A DNA stretch of 64,000 nt from an uncultured Verrucomicrobiae bacterium. Its GTDB lineage: Bacteria > Verrucomicrobiota > Verrucomicrobiia > Palsa-1439. Position 1 is the stretch's first letter. Each line of letters starts with the position of its first letter. This document shows positions 21,901-33,292 of the stretch, one piece after another. The notes below the pieces were generated by a model. That model did not search any database. It was not told where the DNA came from and worked only from the letters and a program-made list of their open reading frames with translations. Where the stretch lies: NCBI GenBank assembly GCA_963812605.1, contig CAWEWF010000001.1:1-64000 (forward strand), read 5' to 3'. The position numbers and the translations under genes were made by a program.

Positions 21901-23827
21901 TTAAGCGTGGGGAGCTTTGCCACGAACGTGGTGTTTGCGTCCAACGGCGGCAACTCCACCAATGCCATCACCGGCAGCGGCGCGGCTTTTCCAGCCGCGT
22001 TCTTTAGCGCGAGCTCCGCCACGGGCGCGGTGCCGTTGACGGTCACCTTCACCGACAATTCGACCGGCACGATCACCAACCGGTTCTGGAGTTTCGGCGA
22101 CGGGGCCACCTCCAACCTCACCCTCACCACGGTGGCCCATACCTACAACGTCACCGGGACCGATACGGTCCGCCTGATCGTCAGCGGACCGCTGGGGAAC
22201 AACACCAACACGCAGGTCAACTTGATCGTGGCCGTGAATCCGCCGCAGTTAATGGTCAGCCCCTCCACAAAGAATTTCGGCACCGTTGTCATTGGCCAAA
22301 CCAGCAACCAGCTTTTCTCCGTGATCAACGCCGGTGGTCTGACGCTGACCGGCTCGGCAACCGTGGCCGGCGCGCCGTACTCCGTCACCGCCGGCAGTCC
22401 ATTTAGTGTCGCTCCGGGGCAGACGCAGAATGTGACGGTCGCGTTTGCACCCGTTGCCGCCGGCACTTTTAGTACCAACCTCATCGTGGCCAGCAATGGC
22501 GGCGCGTCCACCAACGCCCTCACGGGCGTGGGCGTAACGCCGGCCCAACTGGCCATCAGCCCGTCGAGTTTAAACTTCGGCGCCCTGGTAACGGGCAGTG
22601 TGGCCTACGCCAGTTTCACCGCGACCAATTCCGGCGGCGCGCCGCTCAGCGGCGCCGCCAGCGTCGGTCTCCCGTTTGCCGTGGTGACCAACGGCAGCTT
22701 CAACCTGGCCGGTTTCGCGTCCACCAATGTCATCGTGCAGTTTGCGCCGGTGACACCAGGGACCTGGACCAGCAACGTCGTCTTCACCAGCACCGGTGGC
22801 AATTCGACCAACACCGTCAGCGGTATGGGCCTGACGCCGGGCAGTATCGCGGTGGCGCCCGCGACGCTGAACTTCGGGGCGCTGGCCACGGGCACGACGG
22901 CCCAGGCCAGTTTTGTGGTCACCAACTTCGGCGGCATAGCCGTCAGCAACGGCACGGCAATAGTGAGCGGTGGGCCGTTCACGATCTTGTCCGGCGCGGC
23001 TTTCAGCGTGCCGGGTCTGAGCTCAAGCAACGTGGTGGTGCGGTTTGCACCGGTCAGTGCCGGCGCGTTCACCAACAACGTGGTGTTCACCACCGCCAAC
23101 GGCGGGAACGCCACGAACACCGTGAGCGGCGAGGGAGCGGTTGCGCCCGTGGCCAGTTTCACCGTCCACCCGGTCGCCGGCACGGAACTGCTGCAGGTGA
23201 CCTTCTCGGACACTTCAACCGGCACGCAGCCGTTAACGCTGTATTGGAATCTGGGCGACAGCGTCCTCGTGACCAACTCTGGGCGGCGCCAATTTCAACC
23301 ACACCTACGCCGCCGGCGCCTACACGGTGGCGTTAACGGCCAGCAATGCGTTTGGCACGAGCATGTTGATCTCGAACAACGTGATCGCGGTGGTCACGGC
23401 GTTGCAGGCGTGGCAGCTGCAGTACTTCGGCTGCACCAACTGTGCGCAGGCGCAACCAAACGCAGACCCGTACGGCACGGGCATGAGCAACACCAACAAA
23501 TTACTCGCGGGCTTCAATCCTACCAATCCGGCGGCGTATCTGCGCATCATCAGCATCGCCAATACGAACGCCACGGACATTAACGTGATTTACCTGGGGG
23601 CCAATGGCGACAGTACCTGGTCGCCGGGCATCGCGTCGCGCACCAACGTGCTGGAGTTCACGGCCGGCGCCGCCCCTGGCGACTACTCGACCAACTTCAC
23701 GAGTACCGGCCAGACGAATATCCTCAGTGGCGGGACTGGAAACGGCATCGTAACCAACATGATCGACAACGGGGGCGCGACCAACGCGCCGTCGCGGTAC
23801 TACCGGGTCCGCGTGCTGGCGCCGTGA
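18940..23827 (+). CDS. large secreted protein: PQQ-like beta-propeller, ASH/choice-of-anchor-D-like Ig and PKD repeats, conserved C-terminal domain; several frameshifts
   Basis: signal peptide, VLTQHND..RTGAN, VDGQIYAQPL, DLDLGSGG, P.SLNFG repeats, PKD motif TVTFTD..WSFGDG, ends RYYRVRVLAP. Confidence 0.85.
20560..22853 (+). repeat. intragenic tandem duplication, 2 x about 1146 bp
   Basis: for example 21421 AGTTTGAACTTCGG matches 22567; the offset steps 1148-1147-1146 across two single-base insertions. Confidence 0.9.
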
Positions 23828-23917
23828 ACATTGCTTGAAGGCGGCAACCGTAAGTGTAGAACGGCGATAGTTAGGGCTGTCAATCGGGTTCACAAACTTG
23901 TATGGATTTCGATTGTC

Positions 23918-25572
23918 ATGCTCCGCACCGTGATCCGCTGTCTTCAATCCGGTCTCGCCAGTTTTGCGTTGCTGGTTGCGCTGGCCGGGTCAGCCGGCGC
24001 TGCGGAGGCATCTGTCGAGCAGTGGGGCGTTTTTGACGTCCCGCTCACCGGACCGACCAATGGCAATCCCTTTGTGGATGTCCAGGTTTCTGCCCGCTTT
24101 TCGTGCGCTACTTCGGCGGTCGAGGTAGCCGGGTTTTATGACGGCGACGGGACGTATCGTGTGCGGTTCATGCCGAATGAACAGGGCCAGTGGCACTACG
24201 CGACACGCAGCAACCGCCCCGAGTTGAATGGCAAAACGGGCGAATTTACGGTCACCGCACCGGTTGCCATCAATCACGGACCGGTCCACGTGGCCCACAC
24301 GTATCACTTTGCCTACAGTGACGGCACGCCGTTTCGTCCGCTGGGCACGACTTCTTACAATTGGGGGCACATGGTCGACGCACTGGAGGAGCAAACGCTC
24401 GCCTGCCTCGCGGATGCGCCCTTCAATAAAATCCGCATGTGCATTTTCCCCAAGCATAATCCGGAGAACACGAACGAACTGGCGCTTTACCCGTTTGCCG
24501 GAACGCCGCCGAAGGCGTGGGACTTTTCCCGTTTTGATCCGCGGTTCTTCCAGCACTTGGAAAAGCGCGTCGGCGACCTTCGTGACCGGGGTATCGAGGC
24601 GGAGCTGATTTTATTCGATCCCTACGACAAGGGCCGGTGGGGTTTCGACCGGATGCCGGCGGAGGTGGATGATCGGTACGTGCGCTATCTCGTCAGCCGC
24701 CTGGCCGCGTATCGCAACGTCTGGTGGTCGCTGTCCAACGAATACGATTTCAACAAACAGAAGAAGGAGTCGGATTGGGACCGCCTGTTCCAGGTCTTGC
24801 AGGCCACGGATCCTTACGGCCATTTGCGTTCCATCCATAATGGCTTCCTACATTTACAACAACACGCAGCCCTGGGTCACGCACGCCAGCATCCAAAACG
24901 GAGCGGCGGTGGAAGATGCCGGCCGCGCCGAGATGTATCGCGATGTCTATCGCAAGCCCGTCGTTTACGACGAGGTGAAATACGAGGGCAATATTTGGAA
25001 ACGCTGGGGCAACCTTTCCGGGGAAGAAATGGTGTTTCGTTTCTGGCAGGGCACTGTCGCGGGCACGTACGTGACCCATGGCGAAGTCGTGACCAACGAA
25101 CAACACACGCTGTGGACTTCCGAAGGCGGCAAGCTCTACGGGCAAAGTCCTCCGCGGCTCGCGTTCCTCCGCCAGGTGCTTGCGGAAAGTCCCGCAACCG
25201 GCATCGACCCGATTGACAAATGGCAGGACGCAAACATGGGCGGCAAACTCGGCGAATACTACCTGCTCTATTTCGGCAAACAAACGCCGGCCTCGTGGCC
25301 TTTTGAACTCTACAAGGATCAAATTGCCGATGGCATGAGATTCAAGGTCGAGGTGCTCGACACGTGGGCCATGACCATCACGCCGGTCGAGGGCGAGTTC
25401 GTGACAAAGAAAAAGGACAACTACCATTTCATCGACGAGAAACGGCCGGGCCGTTGCGTTGCCCGGAAAACCTTACCTGGCGTTACGCATTCGCCGTGTG
25501 CCGGACCCGGCAAACTCAAGTTTGAAGAAGGCACCGCCAGCCGACGTGCCACCGGACCAGGCACAACCCTAA
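23918..25572 (+). CDS. DUF5060/DUF4038/DUF5605 glycoside-hydrolase-like (apiosidase-like) secreted protein; frameshifted
   Basis: [43 protein letters not shown]. Confidence 0.85.
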
Positions 25573-28514
25573 GGAACGGGCGTGATCTTATAGAATCGCT
25601 GCGTCGCGCTTGAGGCGGTCGTGTCGATGTAGGAAAGCGTGGTTTGACTGTTGCCGGCCGTGAGCGGAGCGCCCATGTTTGTCCAGGTGCCGCCCGGCGC
25701 ATTGCAGGACATCACTTGATAGGTTTTGCCCGGCACCGCCGGCCAATTGACGGTGAATCCGCCAGCGGATGGTTGAACGCTGCGGATAACGAACCCCAGC
25801 GTGGGATCCAGGCTGTCGAAGACGCCGTCCCCGGTGCTATCGGTGATGGCGGCAATCGGCACCGCCAAAAACTCATTTGACTCGATATTGCCGTTGCCGT
25901 TTCCGGCGGGCGCCTGCGCGACAAGTGCGCCGCCATCGGCCGTGCCGTAAGCGGCCGCGGATAGATAGATCGTGGAAGGCATCGCACCGAAGGCTTGCAC
26001 CAGATCGATCGTGCCCTGCATCTGGCCTGAGTTTGTCGCGGCCTTGACCGCCTGGTTGGAGGCCGTGGTCTGCTGCCAGCCGACGTAACTGCTCTGGCTC
26101 TCGCCGGCAAGAAATGGTTTGAATGGCGGGATGGCTATGGATCCGGCTTTGGCCCATTGTGCTGCTGTCGTCGCCGAGGCCAATAATTGATCGGAGATCA
26201 GGACGAAATGGTCGTTCGGACCGTTGGTTCCCGGCGAGATGGTCGCGACATATAAAATGGTGCCGCGGACGGCGGCGTAAAGCGTCATCCCCGGATTGCT
26301 CAGCAAATAACCGGGGTAATTGTTGGTGGTTCCGTCCAGCGTAAATGGCGGAATCAATGTTTTCGCGCAGACAGGGGCGGAGTCCGCCGATCGCTCCTCG
26401 CCTTCGGTCGCGGCGACGGTGTAGCAATACGGAGTGTTGGTGACCAATCCGCTGTCGGAGTAATTAGTGGCGGATGTCATGGTGAGGAAGACGCCGCTTC
26501 GCTTCACGACGTAGGAAGTGGCGCCGCTGGAAGTCGACCACGCCAGGTTGATCTGGTTGGTACTGACGGCGGTGGCGGTGAGATTCGTTGGCGTTGCCGG
26601 GGAAGGAGGCGGTGGCACCTGCGAAAAGATCAGCGCGCTGTAAGGGGCGATGTTGATCGCGGCTGAAGCCGGATTGCCGCTGGCAACCACCGTCGCGCTT
26701 CCGAAATTGCCGTAGTCAGAGCCGTAATCGGTCGAATCGCTGTTGAAGTGCGCGTACCAGGTCCCGCTCTTCGGAAAATTGATCATGTAACCGGTGCGGC
26801 TGGCATTGGCGAAGTTGGCGACGACAACCACATCATCTCCCGAGCTGCCCGTGTTCCAGCGGCGAAAGGCGATCAGTTTGGTGGTATTGTCGAGGTTCTC
26901 CAGGCTCACGTTTCCACCCTTCAATCCCGATGATAGGCCGTCGAGATTGCGCCGCAGCCGGATCAGATCCTTATACAGCCAGACGATGCCGCTATAGGTA
27001 TTCGCGCGCGTCCAATCCAGCGGATTGGACGTCCCGAACTGGTTGGTCGTGAGCATTTCCTGGCCCTCCAGCAACATTGGGATGCCCGGGGCGGTCAACG
27101 CCAGGGTGGCGCCGAGTGTGGAACGTTTGCGAGCATAGTAGCTGGCGGGATCACCACCATCGACCGCCGACGGCACACGCAAGTGGGTTGGACCATTCAG
27201 GTCCCCGGCCGAATCGTGGTCTTCTGTGAAGAGAACGCGACCGAATCCGAGGAATCCGGTAATCCCCTCGTTGACGGCAAAGGAAACCGCGCTCATGTCC
27301 CGGGAGCCGTCGTCCCCGGTGGTCAATTGAGGCACCAGGTTGCCCTGAAAATCGTCCGACGCCCACTGCGCGTCGAATCCCGATACCCAGCCAGAGTCCT
27401 CGGCGATGTTGATCTTGCCCGTATATTGGGTGTCGATCATGCTGTTGATTTGTTGGATGAGGGTCTCGGCATCCTGGATGAAGATATTGGTGCCTCCGTT
27501 GGTGGCGTTCATCATCACATACGGCGTGTCCCAACGAAAGCCGTCCATGTGGTATTCATCCAGCCACATGCGGAAATTGTCCTGGATGTACGTGGCGACT
27601 TGCGGGCGGCTGTAATCCGGCCGCGGTCCGAAGCCGGAGCAGCAAAGCCCGTCCTGTTGGTAAAAATAGATCCCGCCGCCATTGGTGCCGGGCCCCGCCG
27701 AGCAATCGAAATCCCAGAGCGGCAGGTTGTCGGGACCGTAGTGGTTGTGAACGGTGTCCAGCACCACGGCGATCCCTCGTTGATGGCACGCCAGCACGAA
27801 ATTTTTCAATCCGTCCGGACCGCCATAGGCGCCGTCGTCTACCGCGAACGGATCGGAAGGATTGTAACCCCAACTGCTCGTGGTGGGGAATTCCACGATC
27901 GGCATGACTTCCACCACACTGATCCCAAGCTGTTGGAGTTGGTCCAGTTTGTTGATCGCGTCATAAAACGTGCCATTGGTATTATTGTTCGGATTATTGA
28001 AAGTCCCAACGTGCAACTCGTAAACCACTGCATCGTTCAGGGGCGGCGCCGTAAAGTTGTCCCCATTCCAGAAAAATGCGTTCGGATTGTAGATGATGGA
28101 GTTGCCACTGGAAGTGTCCACCTCGCGGTTTCGCGGATCTCGCGGCCACGGACTGGAACCACCGCAGGCGTTATTAATTACATACTTGTATTCCTGCCCG
28201 GCCGATGCGCCAGGCAAGTCAACAGACCAGACTCCGCTCGTTCCCTCTGAAAATAATGGATTCGCTGTCGTCGTCCAATTATTGAATTCGCCCGCCACCG
28301 TGACGGTGGTCGCATTCGGCGCCCACGTGCGGAATGTCACTCCGGTTCCTCGGCATCGGCATAGGGTGTGGAACCAAAGCCTAGGACGAGAGGACGGTGC
28401 GGCGTGAGGCGTGGGGAGGAAGAGAAAATGAAAAAGCGTGAGTGCCGCAATCGCACGAAAACGTGCCACCCAATTCCCTGGCCAACGAGTTCCAGTAAAA
28501 CGATACAACTTCAT
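25569..28514 (-). CDS. secreted GH13 alpha-amylase family enzyme (CBM48-GH13-FN3-C-terminal domain)
   Basis: GVTFRTWAPNA, YELHVGTF, WGYNP, catalytic motifs DGFRWD, IAED and EDHD; FN3; ends [10 protein letters not shown]. Confidence 0.9.
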   Translation of the reverse strand: MKLYRFTGTRWPGNWVARFRAIAALTLFHFLFLPTPHAAPSSRPRLWFHTLCRCRGTGVTFRTWAPNATTVTVAGEFNNWTTTANPLFSEGTSGVWSVDLPGASAGQEYKYVINNACGGSSPWPRDPRNREVDTSSGNSIIYNPNAFFWNGDNFTAPPLNDAVVYELHVGTFNNPNNNTNGTFYDAINKLDQLQQLGISVVEVMPIVEFPTTSSWGYNPSDPFAVDDGAYGGPDGLKNFVLACHQRGIAVVLDTVHNHYGPDNLPLWDFDCSAGPGTNGGGIYFYQQDGLCCSGFGPRPDYSRPQVATYIQDNFRMWLDEYHMDGFRWDTPYVMMNATNGGTNIFIQDAETLIQQINSMIDTQYTGKINIAEDSGWVSGFDAQWASDDFQGNLVPQLTTGDDGSRDMSAVSFAVNEGITGFLGFGRVLFTEDHDSAGDLNGPTHLRVPSAVDGGDPASYYARKRSTLGATLALTAPGIPMLLEGQEMLTTNQFGTSNPLDWTRANTYSGIVWLYKDLIRLRRNLDGLSSGLKGGNVSLENLDNTTKLIAFRRWNTGSSGDDVVVVANFANASRTGYMINFPKSGTWYAHFNSDSTDYGSDYGNFGSATVVASGNPASAAINIAPYSALIFSQVPPPPSPATPTNLTATAVSTNQINLAWSTSSGATSYVVKRSGVFLTMTSATNYSDSGLVTNTPYCYTVAATEGEERSADSAPVCAKTLIPPFTLDGTTNNYPGYLLSNPGMTLYAAVRGTILYVATISPGTNGPNDHFVLISDQLLASATTAAQWAKAGSIAIPPFKPFLAGESQSSYVGWQQTTASNQAVKAATNSGQMQGTIDLVQAFGAMPSTIYLSAAAYGTADGGALVAQAPAGNGNGNIESNEFLAVPIAAITDSTGDGVFDSLDPTLGFVIRSVQPSAGGFTVNWPAVPGKTYQVMSCNAPGGTWTNMGAPLTAGNSQTTLSYIDTTASSATQRFYKITPVP

Positions 28515-28655
28515 ACCAGTCTGCCTTCGCGAGCAGTATAGCATGCCGCCCAGTGAAATGAAATCAGGCCCAAAAGTCGAGCGTATTACACCTTTCGCGA
28601 GCAGCGGAGATGAACTTTGATTATTCCTGGCATTTTGTGCACTATCTCGTTTGCC

Positions 28656-29822
28656 ATGCGCATTGTGGAAATCCGGGAAAAGACAGTTTCCATCGCCTCG
28701 GCTATCACCAACGCGTACATCGATTTTTCGAAAATGACGTGCTCGGTGGTCGCGTTGATCACCGATGTCACGCGCGACGGGAAGCCGGTGGTCGGTTATG
28801 GTTTCAACTCCAACGGACGCTATGGCCAGGGTGCGTTGATGCGCGAACGTTTCTTCCCGCGCCTGATGGCCGCCGATCCCAGGACGTTGGTGGACGAAAC
28901 TGGCGAGAACCTGGATCCATTCCGCATCTGGACCACGTTGATGACCAACGAAAAACCCGGAGGGCACGGCGAGCGTTCGGTGGCAGTGGGCACCATCGAC
29001 ATGGCCGTGTGGGATGCCGTCGCCAAGATCGCGGGGAAGCCGCTGTACCGGCTTTTGGCGGACCGCTATCGCGGGGGACAGGCGGATGACAAGGTTTGGG
29101 TCTATGCCGCCGGAGGTTATTATTACCCGGGCAAGGACATGACCGCTCTGCAGAACGAGATGAAGCGCTATCGCGACCTCGGCTATCAGGTTGTGAAGAT
29201 GAAAATCGGCGCGGTTCCGATCGATGAAGATATTCGTCGCGTCGAGGCGGTGCTCGCTGTGGTGGGAGACGGCAAATTCCTCGCGGTCGATGCGAATGGC
29301 CGTTTCGATCTGGACACTGCGATTGCTTATGGCAAGGCACTGAAGCCATACGGCCTGTTTTGGTATGAAGAGGCGGGTGATCCAGTGGACTATGCCCTGC
29401 AAGCGGAACTTTCCAGGCATTACGACCTGCCGTTGGCGACGGGTGAGAATCTTTTTTCGCACCAGGACGCCCGCAACCTGATCCGTTACGGCGGTATGCG
29501 TCCCGATCGCGATTGGCTGCAATTTGATTGCGCGCTGTCCTACGGCCTCGTCGAATACCTGCGCACGTTGGAAATGCTGCGGCAGCACGGTTGGTCAACG
29601 CGCCGGGTCGTCCCGCATGGCGGTCATCAGATGTCCCTGAATATCGCCGCTGGGTTGCACCTCGGCGGCAATGAATCTTACCCGGGCGTCTTCCAACCGT
29701 TCGGCGGTTTCGCGGATGGCATTGCGGTCCAGAACGGATTTGTCGGTTTGCCGAATGTCCCAGGTGTAGGCTTTGAAACCAGGGCCGAACTCTTCACGCT
29801 GATGAAATCACTGAGCGACTAA
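28656..29822 (+). CDS. tarD: D-(-)-tartrate dehydratase (enolase superfamily)
   Basis: NAYIDFSKMT, GFNSNGRYGQG, NEKPGGHGERS, KMKIG and PHGGHQMSL match the Bradyrhizobium TarD sequence as I recall it. Confidence 0.85.
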   Translation: MRIVEIREKTVSIASAITNAYIDFSKMTCSVVALITDVTRDGKPVVGYGFNSNGRYGQGALMRERFFPRLMAADPRTLVDETGENLDPFRIWTTLMTNEKPGGHGERSVAVGTIDMAVWDAVAKIAGKPLYRLLADRYRGGQADDKVWVYAAGGYYYPGKDMTALQNEMKRYRDLGYQVVKMKIGAVPIDEDIRRVEAVLAVVGDGKFLAVDANGRFDLDTAIAYGKALKPYGLFWYEEAGDPVDYALQAELSRHYDLPLATGENLFSHQDARNLIRYGGMRPDRDWLQFDCALSYGLVEYLRTLEMLRQHGWSTRRVVPHGGHQMSLNIAAGLHLGGNESYPGVFQPFGGFADGIAVQNGFVGLPNVPGVGFETRAELFTLMKSLSD

Positions 29823-29825
29823 GCC

Positions 29826-31111
29826 ATGGCCAAAACACGCGGCAAAGCGGCGACTTTATTCGGTCATCTGTACTTCCAGGTAATTCTCGGCGTCTTGCTC
29901 GGTGTCATCATCGGCTTTCTCAATCCCGCCCTGGGAGAGTCGCTCAAGCCGCTCGTGGACGCTTTCATCAAGCTTGTAAAAATGGTGCTGGCGCCGATCA
30001 TCTTCGGGACGATTGTCGTCGGCATTGCGAAGATGGGGAGCCTGAAGGAAGTGGGCCGGGTCGGCGTCAAGGCGCTGGTCTATTTCGAGATCGTTTCCAC
30101 GCTGGCGCTCGTCATCGGACTGGTCGTGGTGAACATTCTGAAACCGGGCGCCGGGCATGAATGTTGATTCCCATACTCTGGATACCCAATCGCTTGCCTC
30201 GTACACCTCCGCCGCCAAATCGCCGGATGCCGTCAGCTTCTTCCTGGACATCATCCCCACCAGCATCGCGGACGCGTTCGTGAAAGGGAATATGCTGCAA
30301 GTTCTGTTGTTTTCCGTGCTGTTCGGCCTGGCGCTGGCGCAACTTCCCGACCGGGGAAAACTGATCGTCGACGTGATCGATTCGGTCCTGCACGGCCTGT
30401 TCGGCATCGTGCGTTTTATCATGCGGCTGGCGCCGCTGGCCGCGTTCGGCGCCATGGCCTTCACCATCGGAAAATACGGACTCGACACCCTGATCTCTTT
30501 CGGAAAGCTGATCGGTTGCGTCTATCTTGCCAGCCTCGCCTTCGTCGTGATCGTCCTCGGCGGCATCGCCCGGATGAACCAGGTTTCTCTCTGGAAATTC
30601 CTTCGAATTCATCAAGGACGAGATCCTGATCGTCTTCGCCACCGCTTCCACCGAAGCCGTGCTGCCGCAGATGATGGCCAAGCTGGAGCAACTGGGGTGC
30701 GCCAAGCCGGTCGTGGGCATGGTGCTGCCGGCGGGTTATACCTTCAATGCGGATGGGACTGCGATTTATTTGACGATGGGCGCGATCTTCGTCGCCCAGG
30801 CCACCAACACGCCGTTGACACTTTGGGACCAGCTTGTCGTCCTGGGGGTCTTGCTGTTCATGTCCAAGGGATCCGCGGGAGTCGCCGGGGCCGGATTCGT
30901 GACCCTCACCGCCACGCTGGCTTCCATGAACAAAATCCCCGTCGCTGGCATGGTGTTGCTGCTTGGAGTCGATCGGTTCCTCAATGAGGCGCGGGCGGTG
31001 ACCAACCTGATCGGCAATGGCATCGCCACCATCACCGTCGCCCGGTGGGAAAAAGCCTTTAATGAGCAGCAAGCCACGGCCATACTGAATGGCACCGGAG
31101 TAGAGCCATGA
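29826..31111 (+). CDS. dctA: C4-dicarboxylate transporter DctA; two frameshifts
   Basis: [39 protein letters not shown]. Confidence 0.9.
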
Positions 31112-31806
31112 CCACACCCAATAAAGTCGTCTTCCTGTTCGACGTGGACAATACGCTGCTCGACAACGATCGCGTCACCGCCGACCTGCGGCGACATCTG
31201 GAAACCGAGGTTGGCAACGAAGGGTCCCGTAGTTATTGGAATATCTTCGAACAGTTGCGGAGCGAGCTGGGTTACGCGGATTATCTCGGCGCGCTGCAGC
31301 GTTACCGCAGCGAAAACCCGCACGACCCGCACCTCTTCACGGTTTCGCATTTCCTGATCGACTATCCGTTCGCCAATCGCGTGTTCCCCCACGCCCTCGA
31401 CGTCATCGAGCTCGTCAAGCAATGGGGCCCGGCGGTGATCCTGTCCGATGGCGATGTGGTCTTTCAGCCGCGCAAGGTCGAGCGATCGGGGCTGTTCGAG
31501 GCCGTGGACAGCAACGTATTAATCTACGTGCACAAGGAGCGGGAACTCGATGACGTGGCGCGACGTTTCCCCGCAAATCATTACGTGATGGTCGACGACA
31601 AACTGCGCATCCTGGCGGCCATCAAAAAAATCTGGAGCGAGCGGGTCACAACCGTTTTCGTGCGCCAGGGGCATTACGCACATGACCCGCAGATCGCGGC
31701 GGCCTGCCCACCCGCCGATGTTGCGTTCGACCAGATCGGCGACCTGCTCAACGCCGCGGACCTTTGGGCGCGATTCAACCAGACCCCGGGAAGGCCTGTT
31801 CCATGA
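31108..31806 (+). CDS. HAD family hydrolase
   Basis: [19 protein letters not shown]. Confidence 0.88.
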   Translation: MTTPNKVVFLFDVDNTLLDNDRVTADLRRHLETEVGNEGSRSYWNIFEQLRSELGYADYLGALQRYRSENPHDPHLFTVSHFLIDYPFANRVFPHALDVIELVKQWGPAVILSDGDVVFQPRKVERSGLFEAVDSNVLIYVHKERELDDVARRFPANHYVMVDDKLRILAAIKKIWSERVTTVFVRQGHYAHDPQIAAACPPADVAFDQIGDLLNAADLWARFNQTPGRPVP

Positions 31807-32204
31807 AACCGAAAGGGCCGTTACCAGATCCGGAAAAGCAGGAACAAATCCTGGCCGGGCTTCGACGGGACGCGGAAATCCGGCAAAAGAGCTATCGGGA
31901 GCGGGCGCTGCGGATGTTCCCGCACGTCTGCGGCAGTTGCGGGCGCGAATTCTCGGGCAAAAAACTCCGCGAACTTACCGTCCATCACAAGGACCACAAC
32001 CACAATAACAATCCGACAGATGGCAGTAACTGGGAGTTGCTCTGCATTTATTGCCACGATCATGAACACGAGAAATACAAGCTGAAGGGCTATGTGGACG
32101 GATCCACGCCCGATGTCGGGGCGGAAAAACCTCCCATCGCGAACCCGTTTGATAATCTGGACAACTTATTGAAGAGCAAGGATACGGACGCAAAGTCCAA
32201 ATGA
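31803..32204 (+). CDS. yajD: YajD-family HNH nuclease
   Basis: YRERAL..PHVCGSCGREF, VHHKDHNHNNNP.DGSNWELLCIYCHD. Confidence 0.88.
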   Translation: MKPKGPLPDPEKQEQILAGLRRDAEIRQKSYRERALRMFPHVCGSCGREFSGKKLRELTVHHKDHNHNNNPTDGSNWELLCIYCHDHEHEKYKLKGYVDGSTPDVGAEKPPIANPFDNLDNLLKSKDTDAKSK

Positions 32205-32226
32205 AGCTTCCGACGGAGCGCTCATA

Positions 32227-32742
32227 ATGCCTCGCAACGTCGAAATCAAAGCCAGGGTTGGCGACCTGGCGCAACTCCGCGCGCGGGCGCAAGCCATCGC
32301 CGACAGCGGGCCCTTCGAGATCCAGCAAGACGACACTTTCTTCGTGTGTCACAACGGCCGATTGAAGCTGCGTATCTTTTCGGAATCACAAGGCGAGCTC
32401 ATCTTTTACAAACGCGATGATTCACCCGACCCCAAGGAATCGCAGTACGTCATCACACCGACCTCCACTCCCCATGAATTGCGTGAGACACTGGCTCTCG
32501 CATTGGGAGAGTGCGGTCGAATTCGCAAACAGCGCACCCTTTTTCTCGTTGGAAGAACCAGGATTCATCTCGATGAAGTCGAGGGGCTGGGCCACTTCAT
32601 GGAGCTTGAGGTTGTATTATCAGACGGCGAAACGGTCGCCCAGGGTATCGCGATCACTCGCCGTATCATGCAGCAGCTCGGAGTCAACAATCAGGACCTG
32701 ATGCATCAAGCCTACGTCGATCTCCTCGAAGGGAGGCGATGA
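32227..32742 (+). CDS. CYTH domain / class IV adenylate cyclase family protein
   Basis: NVEIKAR, RLKLR, IHLDEVEGLGHFMELE. Confidence 0.88.
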   Translation: MPRNVEIKARVGDLAQLRARAQAIADSGPFEIQQDDTFFVCHNGRLKLRIFSESQGELIFYKRDDSPDPKESQYVITPTSTPHELRETLALALGECGRIRKQRTLFLVGRTRIHLDEVEGLGHFMELEVVLSDGETVAQGIAITRRIMQQLGVNNQDLMHQAYVDLLEGRR

Positions 32743-32758
32743 AGGCGATGTGGATCCG

Positions 32759-33181
32759 TCAGGGTTTGAGCGCAACAAGCCCGGCGCCAACGGCGATCAG
32801 AATGATGCCGGCCCAGTTGCGCAACAGCAGTTTTTCACCCAGAAATGTCACGCCCAACAGCGCGACCAAAACCACGCTGAGTTTGTCGATCGGGGCCACC
32901 AGGGAAGCATTGCCCAGTTTCAGCGCACGGAAGTAACACACCCAGGACGCACCGGTTGCCAGTCCCGAAAGGAAAAGAAACAGATAGCTTCGCAGGGGAA
33001 CGGAATCCAGCCGCTGGTACTGGCCCGTCACACCGAGAATGGCCGCCAACGCGAAAAGGACAACAATGGTTCTCACAAAAGTTGCGAAATCGGAGTTGAT
33101 GTCTTGAACCCCCACTTTCGCGAGGATTGCGGTCAACGCGGCAAATGTCGCGGATAGAAACGCCCAACCCTGCCATGACAT
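32759..33181 (-). CDS. EamA family transporter
   Basis: FAALTAILAKVG, SWVCYFRAL, VAPIDKLS. Confidence 0.9.
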   Translation of the reverse strand: MSWQGWAFLSATFAALTAILAKVGVQDINSDFATFVRTIVVLFALAAILGVTGQYQRLDSVPLRSYLFLFLSGLATGASWVCYFRALKLGNASLVAPIDKLSVVLVALLGVTFLGEKLLLRNWAGIILIAVGAGLVALKP

Positions 33182-33292
33182 GTGAGCTCCTTTCATCTGA
33201 ATTGCTCCACCGCCAAGAATACGCCGCGTTTCAACTTGGAAAAGCAAACAGAATCCTCACACGCCCGGCATGGCGGCGCAACGCAGGAGCGA

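Noticed and set aside
28515-29588. 1339-aa ORF suggesting a GH13 fusion or overlapping gene
   Set aside because: The first 358 aa are the antisense shadow of tarD plus intergenic DNA. The plausible start is 28514.
31803-32742. HNH plus nucleotide cyclase as an anti-phage defence system
   Set aside because: YajD and CYTH are widespread housekeeping-type families, and there are no effector or defence-island neighbours.
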